Below, one piece after another: positions 24,419 to 37,232 of a stretch of 64,000 nucleotides of DNA (within the stretch, counting starts at the first letter, position 1; the number at the start of each line of letters is the position of its first letter). The notes under the pieces were generated by a model that had not been told where the DNA came from, searched no databases, and was given only the letters and a program-made list of their open reading frames with translations. Made by a program: the position numbers and the translations under genes. The stretch spans positions 65,536,001 to 65,600,000 of the forward strand of contig CM059432.1 of the NCBI GenBank assembly GCA_030390025.1, written 5' to 3'. The stretch comes from Squalus acanthias (taxonomy: Eukaryota).

Positions 24419-26725
24419 TTGAAAAGGCCATCCGACAACTGAAGAACAACAAGGCCTCAGGAGCAGATGGAATCCCCGGCGAGGCGCTAAAACATGGCGG
24501 AGAAGCACTATTGGCGTGAAGACATGAACTCATTTTTCTTATTTGGAAGGAGGAGAGCATGCCAGGGGATCTCAGAGACGCCGTAATCGTGACCATCTTC
24601 AAGAAAGGTGACAAGTCCGATTGCGGTAATTACAGAGGAGTCTCCCTGCTGTCTGCCACAGGGAAAGTAATCGCAAGAATCCTCCTCAATCGCCTTCTCC
24701 CAGTGGCTGAAGAGCTCCTCCCAGAGTCGCAATGCGGATTCCGCCCACTAAGGGGCACAATGGACATGATCTTCACTGCGCGTCAATTGCAAGAGAAATG
24801 CAGGGAACAGCACCAACTTCTGTACATGGCCTTCTTTGACCTCACAAAGGCCTTCGACACTGTCAACCGTGAGGGATTATGAGTGTCCTCCTCAAATTCG
24901 GATGCCCTCAAAAGTTTGTCACCATCCTCCGCCTGCTTCATGACGACATGCAAGCCGTGATCCTGACCAACGGATCCACCACAGACCCAATTCAAGTATG
25001 GACCGGGGTCAAGCAAGACTGTGTCATCGCACCAACGCTCTTCTCAATCTTCCTGGCTGCAATGCTCCATTTCACTCTCAGTAAGCTCCCCGCTGGAGTG
25101 GAGCTAATCTACAGAACAAACAGGAAACTGTTCAACCTCTGTCACCTCCAATCCAGATCGAAGGTCGTCCCATCCTCTGTCATCGAATTACAGTATGCAG
25201 GCGATGCTTGCATCTGCGCACACTCAGAGGTCAAACTCCAAACCATCGTCAACACCTTCACTGAAGCATACGAGAGCATGGGCCTTACACTAAACATCCG
25301 TAAGACAAAGGTCCTCTACCAACCTGCCCCCACCACACAGTACTGCTCCCCAATTATCAAAATCCATGACGAGACCTTGGACAACATGGACCACTTTCCA
25401 TACCTTGGAAGCTGTTATGGTGAAAATTATAGGGCTTAAAGCAGCAACGTAAAGAGTTAAAGAATGTGCTGTAAAAGGTGAACTCGTAAATACAGAATGG
25501 TTTCGCTGACACAGTGCGATGAGTAATGTCTGTGGTCAACATGCGTACGTGCGAGGCAACTTGAGGCCCACCAAGGAGGAACTACGACTACAATAATAGC
25601 ACAACGGTTACACTTGAGAACCCATCACCGCATGACCAGCCAGTCCGGCCGGACAGATGTGACGCAACACTCTGTATGTTTATAGTTTCGGAAGGGAAGT
25701 AACAAGAACATTTAGCTTAAAGTGCAGATTATAATTAGGAGCTTGTTGCTGGGAGAATGTGATTGGGTGGAGACATTTGTATGTAATGAATTGTGTAACC
25801 GATGCTATAATGTATAAAAGAAGTCCCAATACCACTGTAACGACGACAGGTTGATCACTAGACCGCGGGGTCTACGGCTCTTCTCCCAGTGCGCTCTGTT
25901 AAATAAACTGTGATCTTCTGCTTTGAGATAGACTCAAGTGAATTCATTTTTCACCAACAGGAGCCTACTGTCAACAAGTGCAGACGTCGATGACGAAGTC
26001 CAACACCGCCTTCAGTATGCCAGTGCAGCCTTCGGTCGCCTGAGGAACAGAGTGTTTGAAGACCAGGACCTCAAACCCAGCACCAAGCTCATGGTCTACA
26101 GAGCAGTAGTGATACCCGCCCTCCTGTATGCTTCAGAGACATGGACCATGTACAGCAGGCACCTCAAAGCACTGGAGAGGTACCACCAATGCTGCCTCCA
26201 CAAGATCCTGCAAATCCATTGGCAGGATAGGCGCACCAACGTCAGTGTTCTTGCTCAGGCCAACATCCCCAGCATCGAAGCTTTGACCACGCTCGATCAG
26301 CTCCGATGGACGGGCCACATCATCTGCATGCCTGATACGAGACTCCCAAAGCAAGCGCTCTACTCGGAGCTCCAACACAGCAAGAGAGCCCCAGTTGGGC
26401 AGAGAAAATGCTTCAAGGACACCCTCAAAGCCTCCTTGAAAAAGTGCAACATCTCCGCCGACACCTGGGAATCCCTGGCCCAAGACCGTACAAAGTGGAG
26501 GAGAAGCATCTGGGAAGGCGCCGAACACCTCGAGTCTCTTCGCCGGGAGCAAGCAGAAGCCAAGCGCAAACAGCGGAACCCAAGAACCCACCCACCTGCC
26601 CCTTCAACCAGCCGTATGCCCCACCTATGACAGAGACTGTCATTGGACTCATCCGTCACCTGAGAACTCATTTTTAGTGTGGAAGCAAGTCATCCTCGGT
26701 TCCAAGGGACTGCCTAAGAAGAAGA
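24415..26725 (+). mobile_element. RTE-clade LINE (5'-truncated), interrupted by a solo LTR
   Basis: IFKKGDKSDCGNYRGVSLLS, PESQCGFR, FFDLTKAFDTV, LQYAGD, FPYLGS|LLS, YRAVVIPALLYASETWT, LRWTGH, RLPKQALY; (AAG)n tail GCCTAAGAAGAAGA. Confidence 0.93.
25413..25959 (+). mobile_element. Solo LTR (547 bp; TGTT...AACA, BEL/Pao-like)
   Basis: Termini TGTTATGGTGAAAA / TTTTCACCAACA; 5-bp TSD GAAGC/GGAGC; TATAAAA near 25813 and AATAAA near 25901; splits the RTE PYLGS|LLS sequence. Confidence 0.85.
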
Positions 26726-26893
26726 TTCAAGGCAGAGATTGATAGATTTTTGGATATTAAGGGAATAAAGGGATCTGAGGATAGTGCAGGAAAGTGGAGT
26801 TCAGGTAGAAGATCAGCAATGATCTTATTGAATGGCGGAGCAGGCTCTAAGGGCCGAATGGCCTACTCCTGCTCTTATTTCTTATGTTCTTAT
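26726..26893 (+). mobile_element. CR1 3' end and tail
   Basis: FKAEIDRFLDIKGIKG followed by GAATGGCGGAGCAGGC...CTTATGTTCTTAT. Confidence 0.9.
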
Positions 26894-27350
26894 CGACTGA
26901 CTTACCTGCCCTCTGGAGAGAACGCTATGGTTTAAACTAATGGTATTACTAGATTAACAAATTATAGACTTCTTTCCGCTCATCAGCAATGTATGAGACT
27001 AGTAATAGTTTACAAGATGTCCTAGTAAAGAGTAACTTTTTTGTGGCTATTTACATTATTTGCATAGTTTTGAGCGAGGCATTCTAGGAATTTTCTTCAA
27101 CTATTTTAGAGTTGTACTTTTCTGAACACCAACAGCTGGATAGTTATAAAATCCTCAAAAAGGGCAATTTAATGTGTACAATTATACTTTTTGTATGCAG
27201 TTGTAATTAGGCATCTGTTTTTATTTGCAGACAGATATCTTCTTTGCAGTGTTGCCATACATTCAGCTTAACAATTTGAGGGAAGTTAAAATTTTCTTTC
27301 GAAAACCACTGGCATAAAAGAGATGTGTTGCATCTGTATAAAGCAGAATG

Positions 27351-27903
27351 GAACAGAAATTAGTCAGAGCCTGTCCTCGGGCCTCATCTGAATAACTGGG
27401 GCGAGCTGGTCGAACCTCTACAGGCAGCTCGCCCCACGGGAGACTTCAATTTTGGGCCACCTGCCTCACTGGCAGTGGCCCTCGTGTAAATCCCAGGAGG
27501 GGGGGGGATTGGAGTGGGCTACGGAAGCGGGTGGGGGGGGCGGTGGTGATCGCGACTCCTGTGGAATCGGAGGAGCACGCCGGCTCCTCCTGGCTCCACA
27601 GGAAGGTGTATGTTAAACAAATAAATTTTAAGTTCTTACTTTTAGTTGGTGGCTGCAGGGGCCGCTGAAGAATCCTGAGCATGGTTGGCCTGACGCCAGC
27701 TCATCGGTGACTAATTTCTGAAAAGGGTCATTTAACAGGCGTTAGAACCCTAATTTACACATTCAAGGGGCCTAACACCTGTTTTAGGCAAAGGCCTAAA
27801 TTAGGCCAATGCAAATTGAGTGCAAGTCGTCCCACTGCTAAATTAGAGTGCTTATGCCAGTTTTAGGCACAAAAAACATATACAAAGCAGTCATTTCTAC
27901 CCT
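27351..27903. mobile_element. Non-autonomous Harbinger-like element
   Basis: Degenerate ends (CAGAAATT / CATTTCTACCC); internal similarity to the 9.4-kb and 11-kb elements. Confidence 0.45.
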
Positions 27904-29355
27904 AATGGCTTTTAAAAACCAAATTAAATTAGCTTCTTATAGGAGAAGGCAAGTCATTTATTGCAATACTGCAGGCTGCTGTGGCCTGCGCAAGCCCCCT
28001 CTTGTTCTCCTTGCACACTTTCTGCCAGAACTTAGCTGAGTAAGGCTGCCAGCCCCAATTGATCCCATGGCGACCTGCCTCTGGAGGCGCGACAGACACA
28101 TGCAGCTTGCCATGATTATCAAGATGAGGCCCAGTTTCAGGCAAAGGTCAGGCCTCCGGCTTCTGGCACAGGCTGGGAGTGCGCCAACCATTTCAGGCTT
28201 GAAAACAGGCTGTAACAAAATTCTAGGCCAAAGATTTGAATATACAATTACACACCTTTTGGAATCGGAATAAAGTGCATAATTTGCCTCAAGTTCTACT
28301 CTTGTATAATTATCCTGCTGAAAATAGATGAAAGAAAAATATTTTTTAAATCCAAGCTTAAGCTCAGCTTCAATCATAGTTTTTATTCCTTATAGTGCTA
28401 AATTCCAGTAATAAAACAATAATCTCTGAAACGTATCCTCTCTGAGGATTTCAGTCAGGACTGATACCCAACTACTGCACTAAGAAAAGATTTACAACAA
28501 AATCTGGCAACTCCAAAGAGCTGGGAGAAATAAATACATGATTTCAATCTTGTTTAAATAAGCATTAAAGAACAGATGGATGAAACCCAGCATGTGTAAG
28601 CCTACAATATTCTGATCCACAGTCAGATGTGCTTATTCATCGTGTTGTCTGTCTAGTTACCTAGTCCACTGGCATATCCTACAGTGCTGCTTTGTTATCA
28701 ATCATTCCATTGCTTTTCACTGCTAGTTCAGTATTCAATCTTCGATAACAAATCATGCACTTGTACACAAATAGAAGTATACAAATAGTATATTGTGTGC
28801 CTTTAATAGGATGGCTGTTATGGAATGTACAATAAAGTCACCCCGAGGTCGCTGGTTCAATCCAGCTTGAAAAAAAGTCAAAATAAATATGAATTCTTTT
28901 TGCAAAAGCTGGTCTTTTCTATACTCATGCATCTTAAGACTTCTTCTGCTGCCCTGCATTTCAGAGTTTGAGGGGGAGAAATTCATCATTTCTTTCTTTT
29001 CTTTCTTTCATTATAGCCCAGGAGTGGGCGCTAGCTTTGGTAAAGTTTGAGATTTAGCAGCAGGCGCTAATGAATCTCGCTGCATGCAAAATTCACTGTC
29101 ATCGCTCAAAGAAAGGATGGGAGCACTAAATCAAGCGCTAACGGCCTAGCTCAGTGGCATTACACTCAAAGCTACAACCAATATCAGGTGCAGTCTAATC
29201 GCAATTCACCATTGCCACAGGCTCTTTCCAGTTCTTAAAGGGGAGGTTCATTCATGCTGCAGAACCTCATTCTCAGCATTGCTGCCTGTGAACCTGTGTC
29301 AGCAAGCAGGAGCAGGCCAAGTTCAAGGAGCCGGATGACTCAACCAGCTGTACTC

Positions 29356-30930
29356 ATGGCAGATCCACGCCCCAGGGAGAGAGCCCGCAGTGTTTCAGAC
29401 CAAGCACTGGAGGAGTTGGTGTCCGCTGTGGAGAGACAGAGGGTGGTGCTCTACCTGGCAAGTGGCAGGAGGCCCTCGCCGCAAGTCTTCCGTGGCATGT
29501 GGAGGGAGGTAGCCCATCAGGTTTCAGGTAGCACTGTGGTCCCCAGGACCCACACACAGTGCAGGAAGAAATTTAACAACCTCACCAGGGTAGTCAGGGT
29601 GAGTCAATACTTCAACAAATGCTACATACCACCATCTGAACCTCAGTCTACACACACTGCCCAAAGCACCACACCCCCAGCATTCACCCAGCAACAATCT
29701 CTACCTACCAACACTCACACCCACATCTCACACCTTGCATACTATGACAGCTATTCAACTATGGCAGGCACATCACCCAAGCACATTGCTCCACACTCAC
29801 TCACACACTTTCCTTTCTTTTGCAGGCCAAGGTGGCTCACAACAGGAGGGAGCAGGAGCGCACAGGCGGGGGACAAGCTGACACCCAACCACTGTCTGCG
29901 CTGGAAGATAGAGTGCTGGAGATTATTGCGCGTCAGGTGGTGGGCGCCATGGCTACCGGCGACGTTGACCCCTTGGGGAGAACAACGGTATGTTCATCCC
30001 TACTCCTTCTTCTCACATCCCACTTCCCCCGCACCCCACAAGCGTTTCACATTTTCCAGCTAATCATGCTGTATGCATGCATTTCTCCCTTCCTGCCCCC
30101 CTCCCCTCACCTTAACCCGTCTCTTGTGCCTTTATGCTTTCAAATAATGAGATAATGAGCAAGCACCTGAGCAGCCTGTCCCTGAGGGCGCCATAGAGAG
30201 CGATGCGGGAGAAGAGGAGGAGGAAGAACACACCGCGTCACTGCATGTCTCACCCGCAGGCACCAGCTCAGATACTGGGACTACGCATTCTTTAGAGGCT
30301 AGTATAGTAGCGGGATCTGCACAGGGTGATGCACCGGGAACAAGCGGGCTGCAGCAAGGCCAGGGGGAAAGGGTAGCTCGGGGGCCAGCTCCACAAAGGG
30401 CGAGTTCGCACGCGAGTTCTGCTGCACAGGACTCAGATGAGGACCTCGATAGGGAAGCCTTTAGAAGAAGGGTGATGGGCATGCACACGGAGATGATAGG
30501 TGCAATGGCAAGGGTGACCAAGAACCTCTCAGCAATGGTAAGGAGCGTGGAGGAGTCCGCCTCCAACATTGCACAAGGCTCTGCGCACACCATGGAGCCC
30601 ATTTCCAGTCTGGAAAGGATGGTAGACTCCCAGAGAGACCGTGGTGACCCAGACCTGATGTCACATGTGATGGGCGATCTGGCAGCTTTTATTGCAGCAC
30701 AGGCGGAAGCGCTGCAACATCTTAATGCTGTAATGCAGTCTATGGTCAGTGCCATTCAATCTCAGACTGCTCTCATGCAGTCTCAGCTTGATGCCACGCA
30801 AGCTCTGATGGCTGCCATCGTCGCTAGGTCTACCACCATTGACCGGGGCTTTCACGGTGTCGCAGCAGGCCAGCAATCTTTGCTGCAATGGATTGCTAGG
30901 GATGCTGAGGTGCTGCCCCGGTGGCAGCAT
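29356..30930 (+). pseudogene. Harbinger Myb/SANT gene; exons ~29356-29598, 29826-29987 and 30144-~30930
   Basis: Exon 1 MADPRPRERARSVSDQALEELVSAVERQRVVLY...WREVA..VSG...RTHTQCRKKFNNL; GT-AG intron 1; exon 2 AKVAHNRREQERTGGG; intron 2 acceptor mutated (CAA vs CAG in the 48.7-kb copy); 3' truncated. Confidence 0.88.
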
Positions 30931-30938
30931 GGCTCTCA

Positions 30939-31818
30939 TGGCACCCCGATGGCCTGCTCAATGATGATCCTGGTGGCGGCATGGCTCTCATTATATGAGT
31001 GCTGGCAGGAGTGTTGGGGTTGCAGAGGGGCATGAACCAGGTGGAGAGCGGATAGCCCTTGTCTCCGATCAGCCAGCCGCGAGCTTGATGTGGTGGCTGG
31101 AAGAGTGCTGGCACACCGGTCTGACACAGGATGAAGGCATCGTGGCTGCTGCCAGGATAGCGGGCATGACATTGAGGATTCGCTGTCTGTGGTCGCACAC
31201 CAACTGGACATTAAGTGAGTGGTAGCCTTTGCAGTTACGGAAGATCTCAGGATTGTTATGCGGTGCCCACAAAGCCATGTGGGTGCAGTCAATGGCGCCC
31301 TGCACCATGGGTATGCCGCTATCCTGGCAAAGCCACATGCACACTCGTCCTGTTTCTCTCTGGGGATGGGGAAGGAGATGTAGTCTCTTCTCCTACTGTA
31401 GAGAGCCTCTGTGACCTCCCGGATGCAGCGATGGACAATGAACTGCGAGATGTTACCAATATCTCCTGTTGCAGACTGGAAGGATCCGCTGGCGATGAAA
31501 TTGAGGGCGACGTTGACCTTGACTGCCACTGAGAGAGCCTTCCTTGTCCTGATCTGAGGCTCGAGGTCTGGTTGCAGGAGGTGGCAGAGTTCTGTGACCA
31601 CCTACTTGCTGAAGCGGAGCCTTCTAAGACACTGCTCCTGGCTTAATTGAAGGTTGGAGAATTGCTGTCGGAAGATCCTCGAAGGGTAAGGCCTCCTGTT
31701 GAGAGCCCTGATGGCCCTCCTCCTCCCTCTGGCCACATGTTCCAATCTTTCTCGCTGCCCTCCGCTCCCTCCGCAGTAGATCCCGGAGGGCGAGGTCGAC
31801 TGCCAGCTCAGCCCCCAT
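30939..31818 (-). pseudogene. Harbinger DDE transposase, frameshifted and 3'-truncated
   Basis: [76 protein letters not shown]. Confidence 0.92.
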
Positions 31819-32352
31819 TAATGTAAGGAAGTGCAGCACTTTGATATTTTGTGAGAATAAATGTAACTAATTTTTAGAAGCCGCAACACTCTGGAGACTA
31901 AACAACCTTTAAATGACTGAATTCAACTCTTGAACTATCTCAAACTGACAAGGAAACACTGAACCACCACTCACCTGACAGCTGCGACTCATTACTAATG
32001 ATCCCTTTAAATAACGCCACTGAAACCAGCATCCGCCTGCTTGATGGCTCCTCTCCCTGTCGCTGTCGGGACCAGGCGCTAAGGCAGGGGGCGATAATCA
32101 ATTTGGCAGATTGGGCTCCCAGTGAGCGTTGCACGCTTGCTGACATCACAATCTGCCTGGCACTGAGGTTCCTGGCGCTAACTTGTAGCGGCGCTGCTAC
32201 CAGGGGACAAATTTGGCGTGCGCCACTGGATTCGTCTCGCTGCGGTGCTACTGCCTCAGTGTCCCGTTAGTGCCCCCGCCAGGCGCTAACTGGAGGCGCT
32301 AAGGTACCGAATTTCTCCCCCTGACAGTTTTTAAATAATGTACCGATCCTAA

Positions 32353-32815
32353 GGTGTCAGCCTTGACGCTGTAGTAGCTTTCTCACCTCTGACTCAGAAG
32401 GCTGTGGGTTCATGCCCCACTCCAGCATTTAAGCACATAATCTAGGCTGACACATCAGTGCAGTATTGAGGATGTACTGCACTGGTGGAGGTGTTATCTT
32501 CTGGATGAGGTGTTAAATTGGACCTCCACCTGCCCTCTCAAGTGGATGTAAAAGATCCCATGGCACTATTCAAAGAGAGGAGGGGAGCTCTCCTGGTACC
32601 CTGGCCAGTATTTGACCCTCAAATAACTTCACTAAAAGAGATTATCTGGTTATTTATTTCATTGCTGTTTATGGGACCTTGCTGTGCGCACATCGGCTGC
32701 TGCGTTTCCCAATATTACAACGGTGATTACACTTGAAAAATACTTAATTGCCTGTGAAGCACTTTAGGACATTCTGAGATTCTGAAAGGCACTCTCCAAA
32801 TCCAAGCTCTTTCTT
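32353..32815 (+). mobile_element. Deu-domain tRNA SINE (older copy)
   Basis: Collinear diverged homolog of 7887-8367. Confidence 0.8.
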
Positions 32816-33643
32816 CGAATACAAATATGACCTGTTTCTGAAGTCACAAATTGATCCCAATGGGTTATACTGAAGGTTATACCATACAGACATGTAAAGA
32901 AGCTCCCTTTTAATATTTTAGTGTCAGAGAACAACAATAACTTTACATTTATATAGTACCTTTAGCCTAGAAAAACTTCCTAGGCATTCAGAAAGGCGTA
33001 AGCAGACAAAAACGGATTACGAGCTGAAGAATCATAGAATCATAGAATGGTTACAGCACAGGAGGCCATTCAGCCCGTCGAGCCCGTGCCAGCTCTCTGT
33101 GAGAGCACTTCAGCTAGTCCGACTCCCCCACCGCCCTTTCCCTGTAGCCCTGCAATTCTTTTTCCTTCAGGTACTTATCCAATTCCTGTTGAAAGCCACA
33201 ATTGAGTCTGCCTCCACCACTCTTTCAGGCAGTGCATTCCAGATCATAACCACTCGCTGCGTAAAAAAGTTTTTCCTCATGTTACCTTTGGTTCTTTTGC
33301 CAATCACCTTGAATTTGTGTCCTCTGGTTCTCGACCTTTCAGCCAATGGGAACAGTTTCCCTCTATCTACTCCGTCTAGACTCCTGATGATTTTGAACAC
33401 CTCTATCAAATCTCCTCTCAACCTTCTCTGCTCTAAGGAGAACAACCCCAGCTTCTCTAGTCTATCCACGTAACTGAAGTCCCTCATCCCTGGAATCATT
33501 CTCGTAAATCTTTTCTGCACCCTCTCTAAGGCCTTCACAGCCTTCCTAAAGTGTGGTGCCCAGAATTGGACACAATACTCCAGTTGAGGCCAAACCAGTG
33601 TTTTATAAAGCTTCATCATAACTTCCTTGCTTTTGTACTCTAT

Positions 33644-36600
33644 GGGGGCGATTTTCCCACTGGAGGCGAGATGGAGGCGGGTTTCAGTTTGGGTGGGTTT
33701 GAAACTCGACTCCTCTGATAGGTTTCAAAATTTTGCGATTTTCCCATGATTGGCCACTTGATTTCAGAGGTTTGGGATGCCTTGTTCAATTAGTGTTTTG
33801 GGACTGAAACTCGCCTCTGTTGACAGCACTTTTCCAGTCTGATTTTATGGCTTCTTGCTCCCTTGGCTCACACCACAGCTTTTCTGCTTCTCCTGCACCA
33901 CCTCCAACATCTTTTGAGAAATCTATGTCCAATTCCAAGGCAAGGGCCTATCCGAGGCTCTCAGATGAGGCGCTGCAAAAGTTGTTTGAGGGGGTGACAG
34001 CTAGCATGGAGGTGCTCTTCCACTCATCTCGGAGGAAGAGGCCTGCCAAAGAAACCAAGGCTGTGTGGGTACAGCTGGCAAAGTATATAACCTCCAGATG
34101 TGTGTGCAGATTGGGAGACTGTTTCTGTGTATTGATGAAATGCCATCACTGTTGGAAAGCATTAAAATGATTTGAAGCCGAAATGTTGGCGTTATGCCAT
34201 CTGTTCTTTCGCCTTAGGAAGCTCCACATTGCGGGCACCGCCACACTTGCGTTGTCTGGTTGGTGGCCTGAGTGAAAGGAGGCCAGAGAGTCATGTCCAT
34301 TGTCAATGAAGTCCTAGGATGGAGCCAAGGACATGTGCCAACTTGGGCAACCTATGCAAATCTGGTCATGATAAGTTTATCCCTTGCATCTCTGGCAGCC
34401 ATGTGCTCGCGTGCTGCCACTGCCTCTGGTCGATACACCGGCGCTCTGACCTCCTCCTGCTCCTCCTCCTCCAGATCCTCCTCCTCATCTTCATCTGAGG
34501 AGGGCTGGAACTGAGCCACTTGCTCATCAGGAAGCTGCAAGCCACGACGCTTTGCGATGTTGTGCAGTTGCACAGCAGACCACGACCATTCTGGAGACCC
34601 TGTATGGTGTATACTGCAGGGCTCCACCTGATCGGTCAAGGCAACGGAAGCGCATCTTCAACAACCCAATGGTCTGCTCTAGGATGGACCTGGTCGAAGT
34701 GTGGCTGGCGTTGTAGCGCTCTTCAGCCTCGTTAGCTGGCCTCCTGATCGGCGTCATTAGCCACTTCTTCAGGGAATAGCCTTTGTCACCAAGAAGCCAT
34801 CCATTAAGTTGGTTTGGTGGATTGAAAAGCGGAGGAACATTAGAGTGCTGCAGGATGAAAGAGTCATGGCAACTACCACAGAACTTGGCGCAATCATGCA
34901 AAAGCTCCTTCTTGTGGTTACACACCAGCTGTACGTTGAGGGAGTGGAAGCCCTTTCGGTTGACAAAGATAGCTGGGTTGTGATGGGGTGCCCTAAGGGC
35001 CACATGTGTGCAGTCTATGACGCCCTGCACCATTGGCATGCCTGCCATATTTGTGAATCCAATCGAACGGGTGGTTATACATGCTTGATCCCTTGTGAAC
35101 TGGATGTAATTGTGGGCCTCAGCAAAAAGGGCATCGGTAACCTGCGTGATGCAACTGTGGGCGGCTAACTGGGAGATGCCGCTGAGGTCTGCTGATGATC
35201 CCTGGAAGGAGCCTGAGGCAAAGAAGTTGAGTGCGGTGGTGACTTTGACAGCCACTGGTAAGGGGTGTCCACCCGTTCCTCTGGGCACCAGGTCTTGCTG
35301 CAGCAGGCCGCAGATCTCTCGGACAACCTCTCGCGAAAGTCTCAGCCTCCTTTGGCACTGCTGCTCATTCATGTTGAGGTAGCTCATCCTCTGTCTGTAA
35401 ACCCTCTGTCGGGGGTATCTCCTGTGGTGAGGTGCCTTGATGCGCTGGTGCCTTCTGCCCTGTGCAGCATCAGGTGGCTGAGCAGGAGGTTGGGGCTCCT
35501 GCTGATGTTGCTGCTCAGCTGCCTGGTTCTGTTGCTGCCCTGGATGGTCCTCATCCTCATCTGAGGTCCATGGTGAAAGGAAATGAATGGTTCCCATGCT
35601 GCTTGTAGATGCCTCCTTTGGGGAAGCGCTCATTGCAAGCGGGGAGAGGGTCTTCCAAGGAGGTCCCACAGTTGATGGAGTCAAGCTGCAGCACCTCCGA
35701 CTTCGGAAGGCCTTCTAAAAGTGCTCAGAGACCTTTTAAAGCCAAGGTCAGGCACCTGCAAGTAATCCTTGCTGCAGTAAACGATGTCTTGTTAGACCTG
35801 CAGCAGTGAGGAGGCCACCCACGAGTCAACCCGCCAGGTTTACCTGGCATGGTTTAGAAGGTGTGTGAAGCACGCCGAAATGCTGGGAAATTCACAAGGG
35901 CCTCTCAAAATAGGCTTAGAGAGGCCCTTAAGGAAGTTAATTAGCGCAATGGCCAGCTGGAGGCGGGAGCATTTCCCGACCTCCAAAACCGGCACTGGCA
36001 CCGGCAAAATCCCGCGGAGGCGGGTTCCGAACCCAACCTCTTTGAATCTAATTTTCCCGCCTTTCCCGCCTCCAAACCCGCCTCCTCCGACGTCAGAAAA
36101 TCGCCCCCCACTATGTCCAATTCCAAGGCAAGGGCCTACCCGAGGCTCTCGGATGAGGCGCTGCAAATGTTGTTGGAGGGGGTGACAGCTAGTATGGAGG
36201 TGCTCTTCCACTCATCTCGGAGGAAGGGGCCTGCCAAAGAAACCAAGGCTGTGTGGGTACAGCTGGCAAGAGATATAACCTCCAGATCTGTGTGCAGATA
36301 GGGATACTGTTTCTGTGTATTGATGAAATGCCATCCCTGTTGGAAAGTATTAAAATGATTTGAAGCCAAAATGTTGGTGTTATGCCATCTGTTCTTTCGC
36401 CTTAGGCAGCTCCACATTGCGGGCACCGCCACACTTGCATTGTCAGGTTGGTGGCCTGACTGAAAGGCGGCCAGAGAGTCATGTCCATTGTCAATGATGT
36501 CCTAGGATGGAGCCAAGGACAAGTGCTAACTTGGGCAACCTATGCAAATTCTGGCCATAATAAATTCATCCCTTGCATCCCGGGCAGCCATGTGCTCGCG

Positions 36601-37232
36601 TGCTGCCGCTGGTCGATACACCGGCGCTCTGACCTCCTCCTCCTCCTCCAGATCCTCCTCATCCTCATCTGAGGTCGATGCAGAAAGAAAACGAATGGTT
36701 CCCATTCTGCTTGTAGATGCCTCCTTTGGGGAAGCACTCATTGCAAGCGGGGAGAGGGTCTTCCAAGGAGGTCCCACAGTTGATGGTGTCAAGTTGCAGC
36801 ACCTCCGACTTCGGAAGGCCTTCTAAAAGTGCTCAGAGACATTTTAAAGCCAAGGTCTGGCACCTGCAAGTAATCCTTGCTGCAATAAACGATATCTTGT
36901 TAGACCTGCAGCAGTGAGGAGGCCACCCATGAGTCAGCCCGCCAGGTTTACCTGGCATGGTTCAGGAGGTGCGTGGAGCACGCCGAAATGCTGGAAAAAT
37001 CAGGAGGGCCTCTCAAAATAGGCTTAGAGAGGCCCTTAACGAGCATTTAAGGAGGTTAAATAGCACAATGGCCAGCTGGAGGCGGGAGAGTTTCCCGACC
37101 TCCAAAACCGGCACCGGCAAAATCCCACGGAGGTGGGTTAGCGACGGGTTCCAAACCCGACCTCTGTGAATCTGATTTTCCCGCCTTTCCCACCTCTATA
37201 CCCAACTCCTCCGACGCCAGAAAATCGCCCCC
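33644..37232. mobile_element. Composite Harbinger (one full unit plus a tandem internally deleted unit)
   Basis: TIR GGGGGCGATTTT/AAAATCGCCCCC with TSD TAT; an extra right TIR at ~36097-36108; 36111-37232 repeats 33922-36108 with the transposase core deleted. Confidence 0.92.
34352..35684 (-). pseudogene. Nearly intact Harbinger DDE transposase (one late frameshift)
   Basis: 385-aa ORF with [13 protein letters not shown] and [18 protein letters not shown] frameshift at VVCCA|LHN places the acidic C-terminus in ORF 34352-34639. Confidence 0.92.

Larger units (their letters stand above)
28972..32321. mobile_element. PIF/Harbinger transposon with central deletion
   Basis: Perfect 13-bp TIR GGGGGAGAAATTC/GAATTTCTCCCCC; TSD TGA; convergent Myb gene (+) and transposase (-). 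Confidence 0.95.
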
